From the IMG/VR virus record IMGVR_UViG_3300009034_000044, positions 1 to 58,230 of that record: a DNA stretch of 58,230 nt; one strand, given 5' to 3'. The notes beneath the pieces are model-generated. The model saw nothing but the letters and a program-made list of their open reading frames with translations, did no database searches and was not told where the DNA came from. Source of the stretch: a virus. Taxonomy: Duplodnaviria > Caudoviricetes. Positions within the stretch are counted from its first letter, which is position 1. Each line of letters begins with the position of its first letter. Below, one piece after another: positions 1-8,400 of the stretch. The translations under genes and the position numbers were made by a program.

Positions 1-65
1 TCCTAAATGTGTGTATTCGTAATCGCAATTATTTTTTGTCCAATATTTACAAGTTTTACATGTAT

Positions 66-311
66 TCATTTATACACATCTCCATTTTCTTTGATTTTTT
101 TGTCTTCATATGGAGCTACCACTCTACGATAAAGTTCCAATTTACATCCTTCCAATGCTCCCAATACATCATTAAGTGTACTATATGATAGAATATGTTT
201 TCTTATATATTGCGTAATAAGAGATGTAATCTGAAAATTAAGCTCTCCTGCATTATCGGGAACTGAACCACTAAGTAATGGTACTCGTTTTTCTTTTCTT
301 ATATATGGCAT
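66..311 (-). CDS. Conserved small phage protein (DUF6899-like)
   Basis: MPYI...GELNF.IT...Y..LNDVLGALEGCKLELYRRVVAPYEDKKIKENGDVY matches a recognisable phage family often found near nucleotide-metabolism genes. Confidence 0.65.
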   Translation of the reverse strand: MPYIRKEKRVPLLSGSVPDNAGELNFQITSLITQYIRKHILSYSTLNDVLGALEGCKLELYRRVVAPYEDKKIKENGDVYK

Positions 312-323
312 CTTTTTTTCCTT

Positions 324-554
324 TTATCCCATACAATGTTTAAGATATTTTAGTAAATAGTTAAAGGCTTGAACCCTGCCCTGATTACGATATATAGAAT
401 TAACATTTTCTTCTATATCGTTATCATCCCTTGCTTCATTTAACATAGCTTGAACTAATTTCATAACTATGAAAACTGTATTGGGGTCTTTTTTGGCTTT
501 TAAGTCTGCAATGATTTTTCTGATATCTACATCTCCACCTATTACTGGCATTTC
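324..554 (-). CDS. Hypothetical protein (probable start at MPVIGG, downstream of the ORF-track start)
   Basis: GAGGAG Shine-Dalgarno precedes the internal Met; co-oriented with neighbours. Confidence 0.5.
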   Translation of the reverse strand, partial: EMPVIGGDVDIRKIIADLKAKKDPNTVFIVMKLVQAMLNEARDDNDIEENVNSIYRNQGRVQAFNYLLKYLKHCMG

Positions 555-796
555 TCCTCCTCTTTTACTTGCTTTATAATTACTCCGATTGAAACAAATA
601 TCAATATTACTATCTGAACTAAAAATGGAATTGCAAACAGTTCCCAACTATCACCCTTAACAGATACTTTTCCTGCTATCCACATTAAAATACCATTAAT
701 TAATACTACTAAACTTAAACTTAACATTGCCTTCTCCTTTCTCTTGTTTGATTTTGTACTCCATTCCAGTTTCCATACAATAAAGAATTTCTTCAT
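542..796 (-). CDS. Small membrane protein (2 TM)
   Basis: Two hydrophobic segments; downstream of the promoter at 887-916. Confidence 0.5.
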   Translation of the reverse strand: MKKFFIVWKLEWSTKSNKRKEKAMLSLSLVVLINGILMWIAGKVSVKGDSWELFAIPFLVQIVILIFVSIGVIIKQVKEEEKCQ

Positions 797-886
797 TGGA
801 ATAATTCATGCATGGAGTAAGCTTTTCTCTTTTGCTAATTAAAAATTCTCTATATTGTTCAGGTGTCATTTCTTATCCTTTTCGAT

Positions 887-916
887 ATTATAGCATAACC
901 GATTTACTTTTGTCAA
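887..916 (-). promoter_or_regulatory. Consensus sigma70 promoter
   Basis: TTGACA-18 bp-TATAAT with extended -10 TG on the minus strand. Confidence 0.8.
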
Positions 917-929
917 GAGAAAAAAATAC

Positions 930-1020
930 TGAGAAGGGAGGGAATTTAACCCCCATTAACTCACTATCACCCTTCACTATACTTCGATGCATCTCCATAT
1001 AGCTACTCGGCTACCTTCCC
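930..1020 (-). pseudogene. Degenerate class II tRNA-like element (Ser/Leu-like)
   Basis: Acceptor GGGAAGG/CCTTCTC, T arm GGGGG-TTAAATT-CCCTC, D region TAGCCGAGTAG; anticodon and variable arms do not fold cleanly; no CCA. Confidence 0.5.
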
Positions 1021-1022
1021 TA

Positions 1023-1098
1023 TGGTCAGGGAGGTAGGACTTGAACCCACGACCACTCCGTTCCAGGCGGAGGACTCTACCAACTGAGCTACTCCCTG
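1023..1098 (-). tRNA. tRNA-Pro(UGG), CCA encoded
   Basis: CAGGGAG/CTCCCTG acceptor, A73, anticodon arm CTCCG-CCTGGAA-CGGAG, T loop TTCAAGT. Confidence 0.9.
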
Positions 1099-1173
1099 TG
1101 GTGGGAAGGGAGAGAATTGAACTCTCATCAAACGAGCCACAATCGTTCCGCTTACCATTAGCATACCTTCCCC
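1099..1173 (-). tRNA. tRNA-His(GUG), CCA encoded
   Basis: GGGAAGG/CCTTCCC acceptor with an extra upstream G, A73, anticodon arm AACGA-TTGTGGC-TCGTT, T arm GAGAG-TTCAATT-CTCTC. Confidence 0.88.
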
Positions 1174-1175
1174 AT

Positions 1176-1252
1176 TGGCGATGCTGGAGGGATTTGAACC
1201 CTCATCCTCCAGCTTGACAAGCTGGTGCTTTGTCCAGTTAAGCAACAGCACC
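1176..1252 (-). tRNA. tRNA-Asp(GUC), CCA encoded
   Basis: GGTGCTG/CAGCATC acceptor, G73, anticodon arm CCAGC-TTGTCAA-GCTGG. Confidence 0.9.
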
Positions 1253-1254
1253 TT

Positions 1255-1332
1255 TGGTGAAGCCAGTGGGACTCGAACCCACGCATCAGGGTTGAAAGCC
1301 CTGCTTCCCTTGCCTTTTAGGAGTATGGCTTC
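1255..1332 (-). tRNA. tRNA-Glu(UUC), CCA encoded
   Basis: GAAGCCA/TGGCTTC acceptor, anticodon arm CAGGG-CTTTCAA-CCCTG, T arm GTGGG-TTCGAGT-CCCAC. Confidence 0.9.
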
Positions 1333-1333
1333 T

Positions 1334-1579
1334 TTATACAGGTATAAGTTTACCATGTTTATGTCGTGCCATTAATTCATCTAAATACGAATAAATATCA
1401 ATAAGACAATCCCTTTCAAATACAGTTTGACATACAGGAAAGAAAGCATATTTTCTCCATCGTGGATACCACTTTATAATACCTATCAAAAATCCTTCTT
1501 CTTTTGTAATGACCTCATATACGTTTGTTTTTGGTTTTACTTCTATTAACCTAAATTCAATCCACTTAGCCTTAGCCAC
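1334..1579 (-). CDS. Hypothetical phage protein
   Basis: GGAGAGG SD; protein-like motif IGIIKWYPRWRKYAFFP...VFERDCL.DI. Confidence 0.7.
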   Translation of the reverse strand: MAKAKWIEFRLIEVKPKTNVYEVITKEEGFLIGIIKWYPRWRKYAFFPVCQTVFERDCLIDIYSYLDELMARHKHGKLIPV

Positions 1580-1823
1580 GACCTCTCCTTTTTTCTCTTG
1601 GTGTTAAATTATACTTTGCTCCTGCGAGCTTGCCATGATTCCTACCACTACACACACACTTACAAAATACAATAGAACTCTTTGCGTAATGACAGTTAGC
1701 ATTACAAACTCCTTTCTTTTCTTTTTTATGTTTTATGATTTTATTTTTTTTGGTCGGAAGGGTAGGATTTGAACCTACGATGTTCAGCACATAGGCAACA
1801 GATTTACAGTCTGCTTGCTTCAT
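1572..1823 (-). CDS. Cys-rich Zn-binding small protein (start uncertain; overlaps tRNA-Tyr)
   Basis: C-terminal CNANCHYAKSSIVFCKCVCSGRNHG motif; the only ATG lies inside the tRNA gene. Confidence 0.5.
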   Translation of the reverse strand: MKQADCKSVAYVLNIVGSNPTLPTKKNKIIKHKKEKKGVCNANCHYAKSSIVFCKCVCSGRNHGKLAGAKYNLTPREKRRGRG

Positions 1824-1841
1824 CCCCTTGCATACCTTCCG
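1751..1841 (-). tRNA. tRNA-Tyr(GUA), long variable arm, C1:G72, CCA encoded
   Basis: CGGAAGG/CCTTCCG acceptor, A73, anticodon arm GCAGA-CTGTAAA-TCTGT, T arm GTAGG-TTCAAAT-CCTAC. Confidence 0.9.
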
Positions 1842-1902
1842 TTTTGTACATCCTTATACAATTCCTTGTATAGATTTTACAATTTCTTGTACGGTTTTAA
1901 TA

Positions 1903-1992
1903 TGGTGGAGATGAGGGGAGTTGAACCCCTGTCCAAAAGTAGTTACAATATGTTTCCATATGCCTTGCTTATGTCGAATCCCTTACATCCCC
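1903..1992 (-). ncRNA. ssrA: Mini-tmRNA (tRNA-like domain only, no tag reading frame)
   Basis: 5' GGGGATGTAAGGGATTCGAC and 3' GGACAGGGGTTCAACTCCCCTCATCTCCACCA are ssrA termini with G3:U70 and A73; only about 38 nt lie between them. Confidence 0.8.
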
Positions 1993-1996
1993 TTTT

Positions 1997-2035
1997 AAAA
2001 AAAATAATAAGAGGGGATTTACCTGATACCCCTCT
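1997..2035 (-). terminator. Intrinsic terminator/attenuator-like hairpin upstream of the mini-tmRNA
   Basis: AGAGGGG-12 nt-CCCCTCT followed by TATTATTTTTTT. Confidence 0.55.
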
Positions 2036-2071
2036 ATAGTTCTGTGGGTTTTGCCCTTACATATTATTCAT

Positions 2072-2100
2072 ATAATATCATAAATGAATAAAATTTGCAA
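2072..2100 (-). promoter_or_regulatory. Sigma70-type promoter for the RNA operon
   Basis: TTGCAA-17 bp-TATTAT with extended -10 TG. Confidence 0.6.
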
Positions 2101-2227
2101 GATAAAAATTTACATATTTATATATAATTAATTATTTATATAACAAAGTATCATATCCCATTCCCAAGGCAATACAGGCTCATCAATAATTTCCTCTGGC
2201 TCTATCACTAAGGAATCGAACCTCATA

Positions 2228-2401
2228 TTAATCTTTTTTGGGTTCTGGAAGTCCCTTGCCCTTACCTTTACCTTTATAGGTTCTCCAAAATCCATAAGCC
2301 CTGCCTATAGCTTCTTTCGCTGAAATCCCTTCTTTACGAAATTCACTTATAGCTCTGGAAATGAACTTTTGTTTAGATTCTTTTTTTCCTGGTCTTGGCA
2401 T
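2228..2401 (-). CDS. 57-aa basic protein (not in ORF track)
   Basis: MPRPGKKESKQKFISRAISEFRKEGISAKEAIGRAYGFWRTYKGKGKGKGLPEPKKD; abuts the upstream stop codon; resembles small helical phage head-associated proteins. Confidence 0.7.
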   Translation of the reverse strand: MPRPGKKESKQKFISRAISEFRKEGISAKEAIGRAYGFWRTYKGKGKGKGLPEPKKD

Positions 2402-2402
2402 T

Positions 2403-2630
2403 TTAGGGAATTAATCCTTTCTTTCTTAATCTTTCTATTGCCCTTTCAGATTCTTCTAATTCACCAAATGTAGATTTTAGTTTTGGTTCAATCTCAGGTA
2501 ATCCACCTTTCTTTGGTAACTTAGTAACTGGTTTGCGTTGTACATGTTCTACATCTTCAAGGGCTTTCTTAATTTTTGCTGCTCGCTTACGAAATATATT
2601 AACAACATTTTTATTTTCATTATTTGGCAT
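2403..2630 (-). CDS. Small basic protein (start MPNNENK)
   Basis: GGAGG SD before the internal Met; tight operon packing. Confidence 0.65.
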   Translation of the reverse strand: MPNNENKNVVNIFRKRAAKIKKALEDVEHVQRKPVTKLPKKGGLPEIEPKLKSTFGELEESERAIERLRKKGLIP

Positions 2631-2982
2631 TTTTTTGTTTCCTCCTTTTTCTTTTCTTTGCTTCTTTAAGTTCTTCAACTTCTACATTATATTTATAAAT
2701 TTTTATTATAGCTCCTATAGGAATCTTTAAAAGTTGATTGCCTGTTCTTTCTATTGATATTTCTTTAGGGTGATTAACTTCCCATGTTTGTTGTAAATAA
2801 ATAATTTTATCTTCTATTCTTAATATAAATCCTGGTGTCATAAATTCACATGAACCTACACGATAACCTAAATCAAGATTTCCAAAATAAGTAATGTCTA
2901 CCCAATGGACAAGAGTTAATGTATCTGGAACATGACCTTCTTTTAGTAATTCTATTGTTTCATCATCTTTTTTAATAGACAT
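2620..2982 (-). CDS. Hypothetical protein (VHWVDI...GFIL...IPIGAI, Sm/SH3-like beta family common in phages)
   Basis: GAGGA SD; motif pattern. Confidence 0.6.
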   Translation of the reverse strand: MSIKKDDETIELLKEGHVPDTLTLVHWVDITYFGNLDLGYRVGSCEFMTPGFILRIEDKIIYLQQTWEVNHPKEISIERTGNQLLKIPIGAIIKIYKYNVEVEELKEAKKRKRRKQKNAK

Positions 2983-2994
2983 TTTCTTATCCTC

Positions 2995-3207
2995 TTATTT
3001 CTTTTTTCTTGCTTTATATTTCTTTTTTACAGTTCTCCAATAAGCTGCACCAGCTACCGCTTCAGGGTCTCTTACTTTATCTTTTTTAGCAGCAGCTTGC
3101 CTTTTAATTCTTTCAAAAGTTGCTGGTTTCATGATAGCACCAGGTTTCTGTTTTTCTCTCCATTCCAATACTGGTTCGGGTAAACCCTTTGTTTTTTTAT
3201 TTGCCAT
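2995..3207 (-). CDS. Small highly basic protein, probably virion/DNA-associated
   Basis: AGGAGG SD; Lys/Arg-rich; DPEAVAGAAYWR motif. Confidence 0.7.
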   Translation of the reverse strand: MANKKTKGLPEPVLEWREKQKPGAIMKPATFERIKRQAAAKKDKVRDPEAVAGAAYWRTVKKKYKARKKK

Positions 3208-3231
3208 TTTTATCCTCCTTTTTTAATAATC

Positions 3232-4395
3232 TTATTCTATTATTTCCATAGCAAACCAAGCCCTATCCTGGTCATTGGCAAACGCCAAATTACCACCTGA
3301 ACTTTGATAAACATAAAGTAGGAAATAATCACCACCAGTAACCGTTAGAACAGCAGAGGAAATATTATTGTCTGATGTATCTTGTGCTGATTGCACAGTT
3401 ATACCCATTCCAATAAAATCATTGTTTCCATTCTTCTGCATGAACAATGCTCTTGTACCAGTAGAATTATTTGCCCAATTGCCATTAGCAGTAAGCCTTA
3501 CTTTAGTAACTCCTGCTGGAACGTAAAGTCTGTCCGTATTTGAAACAATACTATGAATATTATCTGTATCATATTCGTCAGCGTGCCAATTTATTATTAT
3601 TGGAGTACTATTAGGAATCGTGGAAACACCAAGCCTTTTTACTAATGCTCCCCTAAATGCAGGTTTCCTTGCCCATAGAATCCTTGAGCCAGCATCCAAT
3701 CCAGCGTAACCATTTGCCTGGTCTTTATTAGCTACTTGCTCTAAATCTGCTGCATGTTTGGTATCAACTGTATCAGCATCCTTACCAGTTAAGGTAGCTG
3801 GAATACGAGCTAAGGGTACTAAACTGCCAGCATCCAGACCACAATACCCACTTGCAGCATCCTTCTCCGATTCTTTCTGATAGCCTGTATGGGGGTCTAC
3901 TGCACCCTCATGGGTAGTTATCTTATTATCTATCTCTGTCTGAATATCTGCAAAGTGTTTTGTGTCAACCGAGTCGGCATCCTTACCTATTAAGGGAGTA
4001 GGAATTTGTGCTAAAGGTACATCTGCTGCTCCGTCTAATCCGCAATAACCATTAACCTGATTCTTTTCTGATTCCTTTTGATAACCAATATGAGGGTCTC
4101 CTGCTGCTTCATGGGCTGGTACGGGGTCAGTCGGACTTCCATGGGTATGGTCTCCTCTACTGGCTTTTGAAGAACTACCAGGAGCAGGGGATATTCCAAA
4201 AGTAGTCTCATCCTCAACTGTATCCTCTAAACCACTTACACCAGAAGAAGATGCAACAGTAACATCCACTCTGTCGTTTGCTTGATTATCATCAACAGTA
4301 AGGGTTATATTAGAACCAGTAATGAAATTTATTGTTCTTCGTGTTCCTTTTAATATTGTATTTAATAATACTGAAAACGGTCTGTAAATAATCAT
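3232..4395 (-). CDS. Tail fibre / receptor-binding protein
   Basis: Repeated HxxxxDPHxGYQKESEK..NGYCGLD shaft units; C-terminal C1q/TNF-like beta-sandwich. Confidence 0.7.
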   Translation of the reverse strand: MIIYRPFSVLLNTILKGTRRTINFITGSNITLTVDDNQANDRVDVTVASSSGVSGLEDTVEDETTFGISPAPGSSSKASRGDHTHGSPTDPVPAHEAAGDPHIGYQKESEKNQVNGYCGLDGAADVPLAQIPTPLIGKDADSVDTKHFADIQTEIDNKITTHEGAVDPHTGYQKESEKDAASGYCGLDAGSLVPLARIPATLTGKDADTVDTKHAADLEQVANKDQANGYAGLDAGSRILWARKPAFRGALVKRLGVSTIPNSTPIIINWHADEYDTDNIHSIVSNTDRLYVPAGVTKVRLTANGNWANNSTGTRALFMQKNGNNDFIGMGITVQSAQDTSDNNISSAVLTVTGGDYFLLYVYQSSGGNLAFANDQDRAWFAMEIIE

Positions 4396-4397
4396 AT

Positions 4398-4721
4398 TTA
4401 TTCCTCCTTGTAATAAATAATAGATATTTTTGTATTATGAGATGTAGCCTTTACTCCTCTAAATCCAGCTATCTCTGCATAATTTTCAAAAGTAATACTA
4501 TCCCCTTGATAACCTGTAGTATAGTATTCTAAATAATGTTGACAATGGGCTGATGTTGGATTACCAGAATCTATCCTAAATTGAATGGATTCTGATTCTA
4601 CAACCATATCTGCACTAATTACACTCTCACATCCCAAGAAATACCAAACTCCTCTGCTTAGGAGCATTATATCAGTTTCGCTTGTAAATAAAATAACTTC
4701 AGTTCCGTATGGGACTCTCAT
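4398..4721 (-). CDS. Hypothetical beta-rich virion protein
   Basis: Located in the structural operon; SD present. Confidence 0.55.
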   Translation of the reverse strand: MRVPYGTEVILFTSETDIMLLSRGVWYFLGCESVISADMVVESESIQFRIDSGNPTSAHCQHYLEYYTTGYQGDSITFENYAEIAGFRGVKATSHNTKISIIYYKEE

Positions 4722-4730
4722 TTATTTTCC

Positions 4731-5429
4731 TTATGGTAATCCTTTTCTCTTTCCTTTTAAATATTTAATTTCAGCTTCGGCTACCTCTTTTATGTCTTTA
4801 TAAATATGCTTAAATAATTTTGGTTCTTCATTTTCAATAAACACAACCAATGGATGTTTTCTTCCGTAAACTTTCCATTTCGTTGCTGTTTCTGCAACTA
4901 ATTCTTCTTTGTTAAATATACCAACATCTAAAGATAATCTATCTGCTTTTTTAAGAGTTCCCTTTTTAATATTAGGATATATTTTACCCCTTGCTTTTTC
5001 ATAAAAATTTTTAGCATGTTGCAATTCATGTAATACAGTAGCTTCAGGTGGTCGCCCTGTATAAGCATATTTACTAATATCCTGTAGGTAAACACTTTCC
5101 TTGTGATATAATCCCCTCCATGCTTTTGCACCTGGCTTTTTTGCCAATACCTTTTCTTTTGCAAGTAAATCTTCTATTGGTTTTATTCCTTTTAATTGCT
5201 TTTTAAATACTGGTTCTGACAATCCTCTAAAAGTAGGCTTTACTGCTTGACGATACACTGACCTCCAAAGACTTATTAAGTCTCTATATGCCTTTCCTCT
5301 TGCTCCTATTTTCATTAAACCAGCAGCAAGTGGGTCTAAACTAACATCATAATATATTGTTTTAGCTATTTTTTTTGCTGGTTCAGGAAGTCCTTTTATT
5401 GGGAACTCTGGTTTTTTAATAATTGGCAT
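4731..5429 (-). CDS. Basic virion protein with zincin HExxH motif
   Basis: ATVLHELQH followed by EELVAE; adjacent to the large internal protein. Confidence 0.6.
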   Translation of the reverse strand: MPIIKKPEFPIKGLPEPAKKIAKTIYYDVSLDPLAAGLMKIGARGKAYRDLISLWRSVYRQAVKPTFRGLSEPVFKKQLKGIKPIEDLLAKEKVLAKKPGAKAWRGLYHKESVYLQDISKYAYTGRPPEATVLHELQHAKNFYEKARGKIYPNIKKGTLKKADRLSLDVGIFNKEELVAETATKWKVYGRKHPLVVFIENEEPKLFKHIYKDIKEVAEAEIKYLKGKRKGLP

Positions 5430-8400
5430 TATTCCCTACCTTCCATTTCTCTTTCTTGTTCTTCAGCTTCCCTATATCCCCTAACTTGTCTACGAATAGC
5501 AGTTATATCTAATCGCATACCTCTTGCTCTTGCATCGTCTATAAGTTTTTTTACATCTCCATGTCTACGTTCTTCTATTGCCCTACCAATTTGTCTATGT
5601 ATTCCAGCCTTATATTTCCTAACCATTCTTGCACTTTCTTTTATTGCCATTAAAGCAGCATAAAATTCTGATGGTGTAGCAGTAGTAAATCCAAGAGCAT
5701 ATAAAAACTTTTCTTTTTCATCCATCTTCTTGGGCATTTCATTATAAACTTCCAATGCTCTCTTTCTAAGTTCAAGTGGTAATCTTTTAATATCTTCTCT
5801 GGTTATTTTGGGCTTACCAAAAATAGTTTCTGTACTAAATCCCATAGCATGTTTAACCATAGTTGGAGAGTTCCTTCTAATAAAGTTTTCCCAATCTACG
5901 CCTTCTTCGGCTAATGCTAATTTAATATTATATATACTGCCCTTCACTAAAGGAATACCAGCAATGTCAAACAGTTCTGGAGAACCAAAAGTAATAGAAC
6001 CTTCTACTCCTACCATAGATGGTAATCCCTTTGTTAAAGTATTTATTGTAGCTTCTCCATATTTATTCTTTAAAGTTCTTAGTGTTTCTCTTTTTGATAA
6101 TTCCCAATCGTGTACTCCTACTATTTTTTTCATGGCAAAATCTACTGCCTCAACAATAAACCCCATACCATAAATACCACCTAAACCACCAAGAGCTAAT
6201 CTTGTAGATATTGCTCCAGCAAAAGCCTTTTTATGGGGATATAAATCCTTTAAGAAGTTCAAGTCATTAAATACATAACTCTTAAAGACAAATCCCATTG
6301 CTCTCCATCCCCTACCTATAATCGGTCTATTTTCTTTACCATACATCCATTGAGTTTTACTAATAAAATCTACTACATAATCAAAAAGAACTTCTCCCCT
6401 TAATCCTCTCCTTGTACCAATTTCTACAGCAGTTAAGGCAGAATGAATCCTATTAGATTTTTCTGAAGCAGTAGATAATACATTTAAAAATCTTCCGATT
6501 TTACTTTTGCCAATAATTTCAAGATTTCTTAAGGATTCAAGTTCTCCTCTGTCATGGAGTTTTATAATAACATCTTTATCAGTAGCACTAAAAATATTAG
6601 AGCTTTTAATTAGGTTTCTTGTGGTTTCTCCCTTTAGTCTTCCCCTGACAAATTCCTTATAAAAATTCAACTCCTTAAGCTGGCTTCTTAATACAATACC
6701 TCCACCACCATCTCCAGCTTCTTTTATAGCTCTCCATACAGTAGTAGCTCCTCTCTGAGATAAGTTAAGCAAAGCAAATGATGGCTTAAGAGATAAGTTC
6801 CAATTATAAATAATATTCCTTACAAGAAAATTCATATTACCTTCATAGTCCCTTCTACCTAAATAATAATCTACAAGATTTTTAGCATATATTTGCTTTT
6901 CTTCTGGAACATTATCTATTAAATCCTGTATATGTCTTGCTCTTGCTCTCCTGACAAAAGAACGTGGAAATGTTTCTGCATATCTTTCTATTACATAATG
7001 AATATCTGTAGAAAATCCCTTTATACCTTCTCTTGGAGCTAACCTACCCCTTGCCCAAATTTCAAGATAAGCACCATGAAGTACATCTTCTAATTCTTTT
7101 ACTGTCTCTGGTGCAATATCTTTCGATTTAAGTAAATTTCTCATGCGTGGTAAATCATGAATCATTTCTAATAACTCAGGAAATTTAAATCCATATTTTC
7201 TCTTTACATCAAACATACCTAACTTTGCGTTTGGCAGTTGTTCCATTAATTCTGTTGTTCTCTTTTTAGCTGCCTTAACTGATTCAAAGTTTTCAGCCCA
7301 AATAATTTTCTTACTTTCATCTCTTGCATATACAACGTAATCTCCCTCTCCCCTTACTAATGGGAAATAAAAAGCTCTTGTATGTTTACTAATATAATCA
7401 TTTATGTAATCTTCTGTTTTCTCAAATCCCTGTGCTTTTGCTATTGCATCAAATGCACTTGCATTTTCTTTTAATTCCTTTTTAAACTGTTCCATCATCC
7501 ACTTTGTATTTTCAAATACCCTTTCTACCATAGCTCTTTCTTTTGGATTAAGCCTCTCCCAACCAACAGGAGTTTGTTTTACAGTAGTTTTATAAATTGC
7601 ATCTGTCATATCTTGAGATGGTTTATAGCGTTTTAAAAATTCATTCTTTCTTAAAAATTCATGTTGTATTTCTGCTGTTCGTTGAGATACTTTTCTTAAT
7701 CCTTTAGTTACAAAAGATATATCTTTATCCCATACTGGAACTTTTACCCATTGACCTATCTTATATTTAATATAAGGGAAAAATCCTAATTGCTTTGCCA
7801 TATCATTAACTAATACTTCTCTTTCCTTATTAGGAACAGACTTGAATACATCACTTGCTGCTTCTACATTTTTATTCATAAAGCCCATAAATTTGTCTTT
7901 CATATCTCCAAATCTTTCCTTAAGTGAATATTCTTGTCTTAAAAATAAATCATGTTCTGGAGTACCAGAAGTATGGTCATTGACAACATATCCTTCTCTT
8001 GTTTCTTTTAATGGCTCTTGAGCTTCCATGCTTATTTCTCTAAATGCCCTAAGAATCTTAGGAAGTTCTAATGTAACACCATCTGTTCCATAATATTCTA
8101 CAAATCTTTTTCTGAAACTTTCAATGGTAGTATGTCCTTCATTATATATTTGCTTTCCAATTTCTCTAACCTGATGGTACATTAATTTACCACCAAAAGG
8201 TTCTCCAGTAAATGTATTATATAAATCATTCACTCTTTCTCTAAAACTTGCAAAAGTGCTTTTTAATATATCTCTTTCGGCTGTAGCTTCTTTTGGAAGA
8301 AATCTTTCAAGTCTAAGTTCTTGCATCGTTAAGACTTCATGGATAGCATCTAATTGAGTTCCTTTTTTAAATTCCTGCATTAATTGTGTAGTTGCTTGTC

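Noticed and set aside
808-1375. ORFs 808-1002(+), 1003-1356(-), 1175-1375(+)
   Set aside because: They are translations of the tRNA genes or their antisense strand.
1903-1992. Two-piece permuted tmRNA, tRNA-Ala, or prophage att fragment
   Set aside because: Termini are in standard 5'-3' order; there is no D stem or anticodon arm; both ends are present and no integrase was seen.
1815-2039. 74-aa plus-strand ORF
   Set aside because: Antisense to the mini-tmRNA and tRNA-Tyr; MVEMRGVEPLS is the typical shadow of an ssrA 3' end.
2040-2062. AAGGGCAAAACCC resembling the start of a c-di-GMP-I riboswitch
   Set aside because: The downstream P2/P3 elements (GAAA tetraloop, GACGCAAAG) are absent.
3232-4395. 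Diversity-generating retroelement target
   Set aside because: No reverse transcriptase or adenine-specific TR/VR pair seen; repeats are ordinary shaft units.
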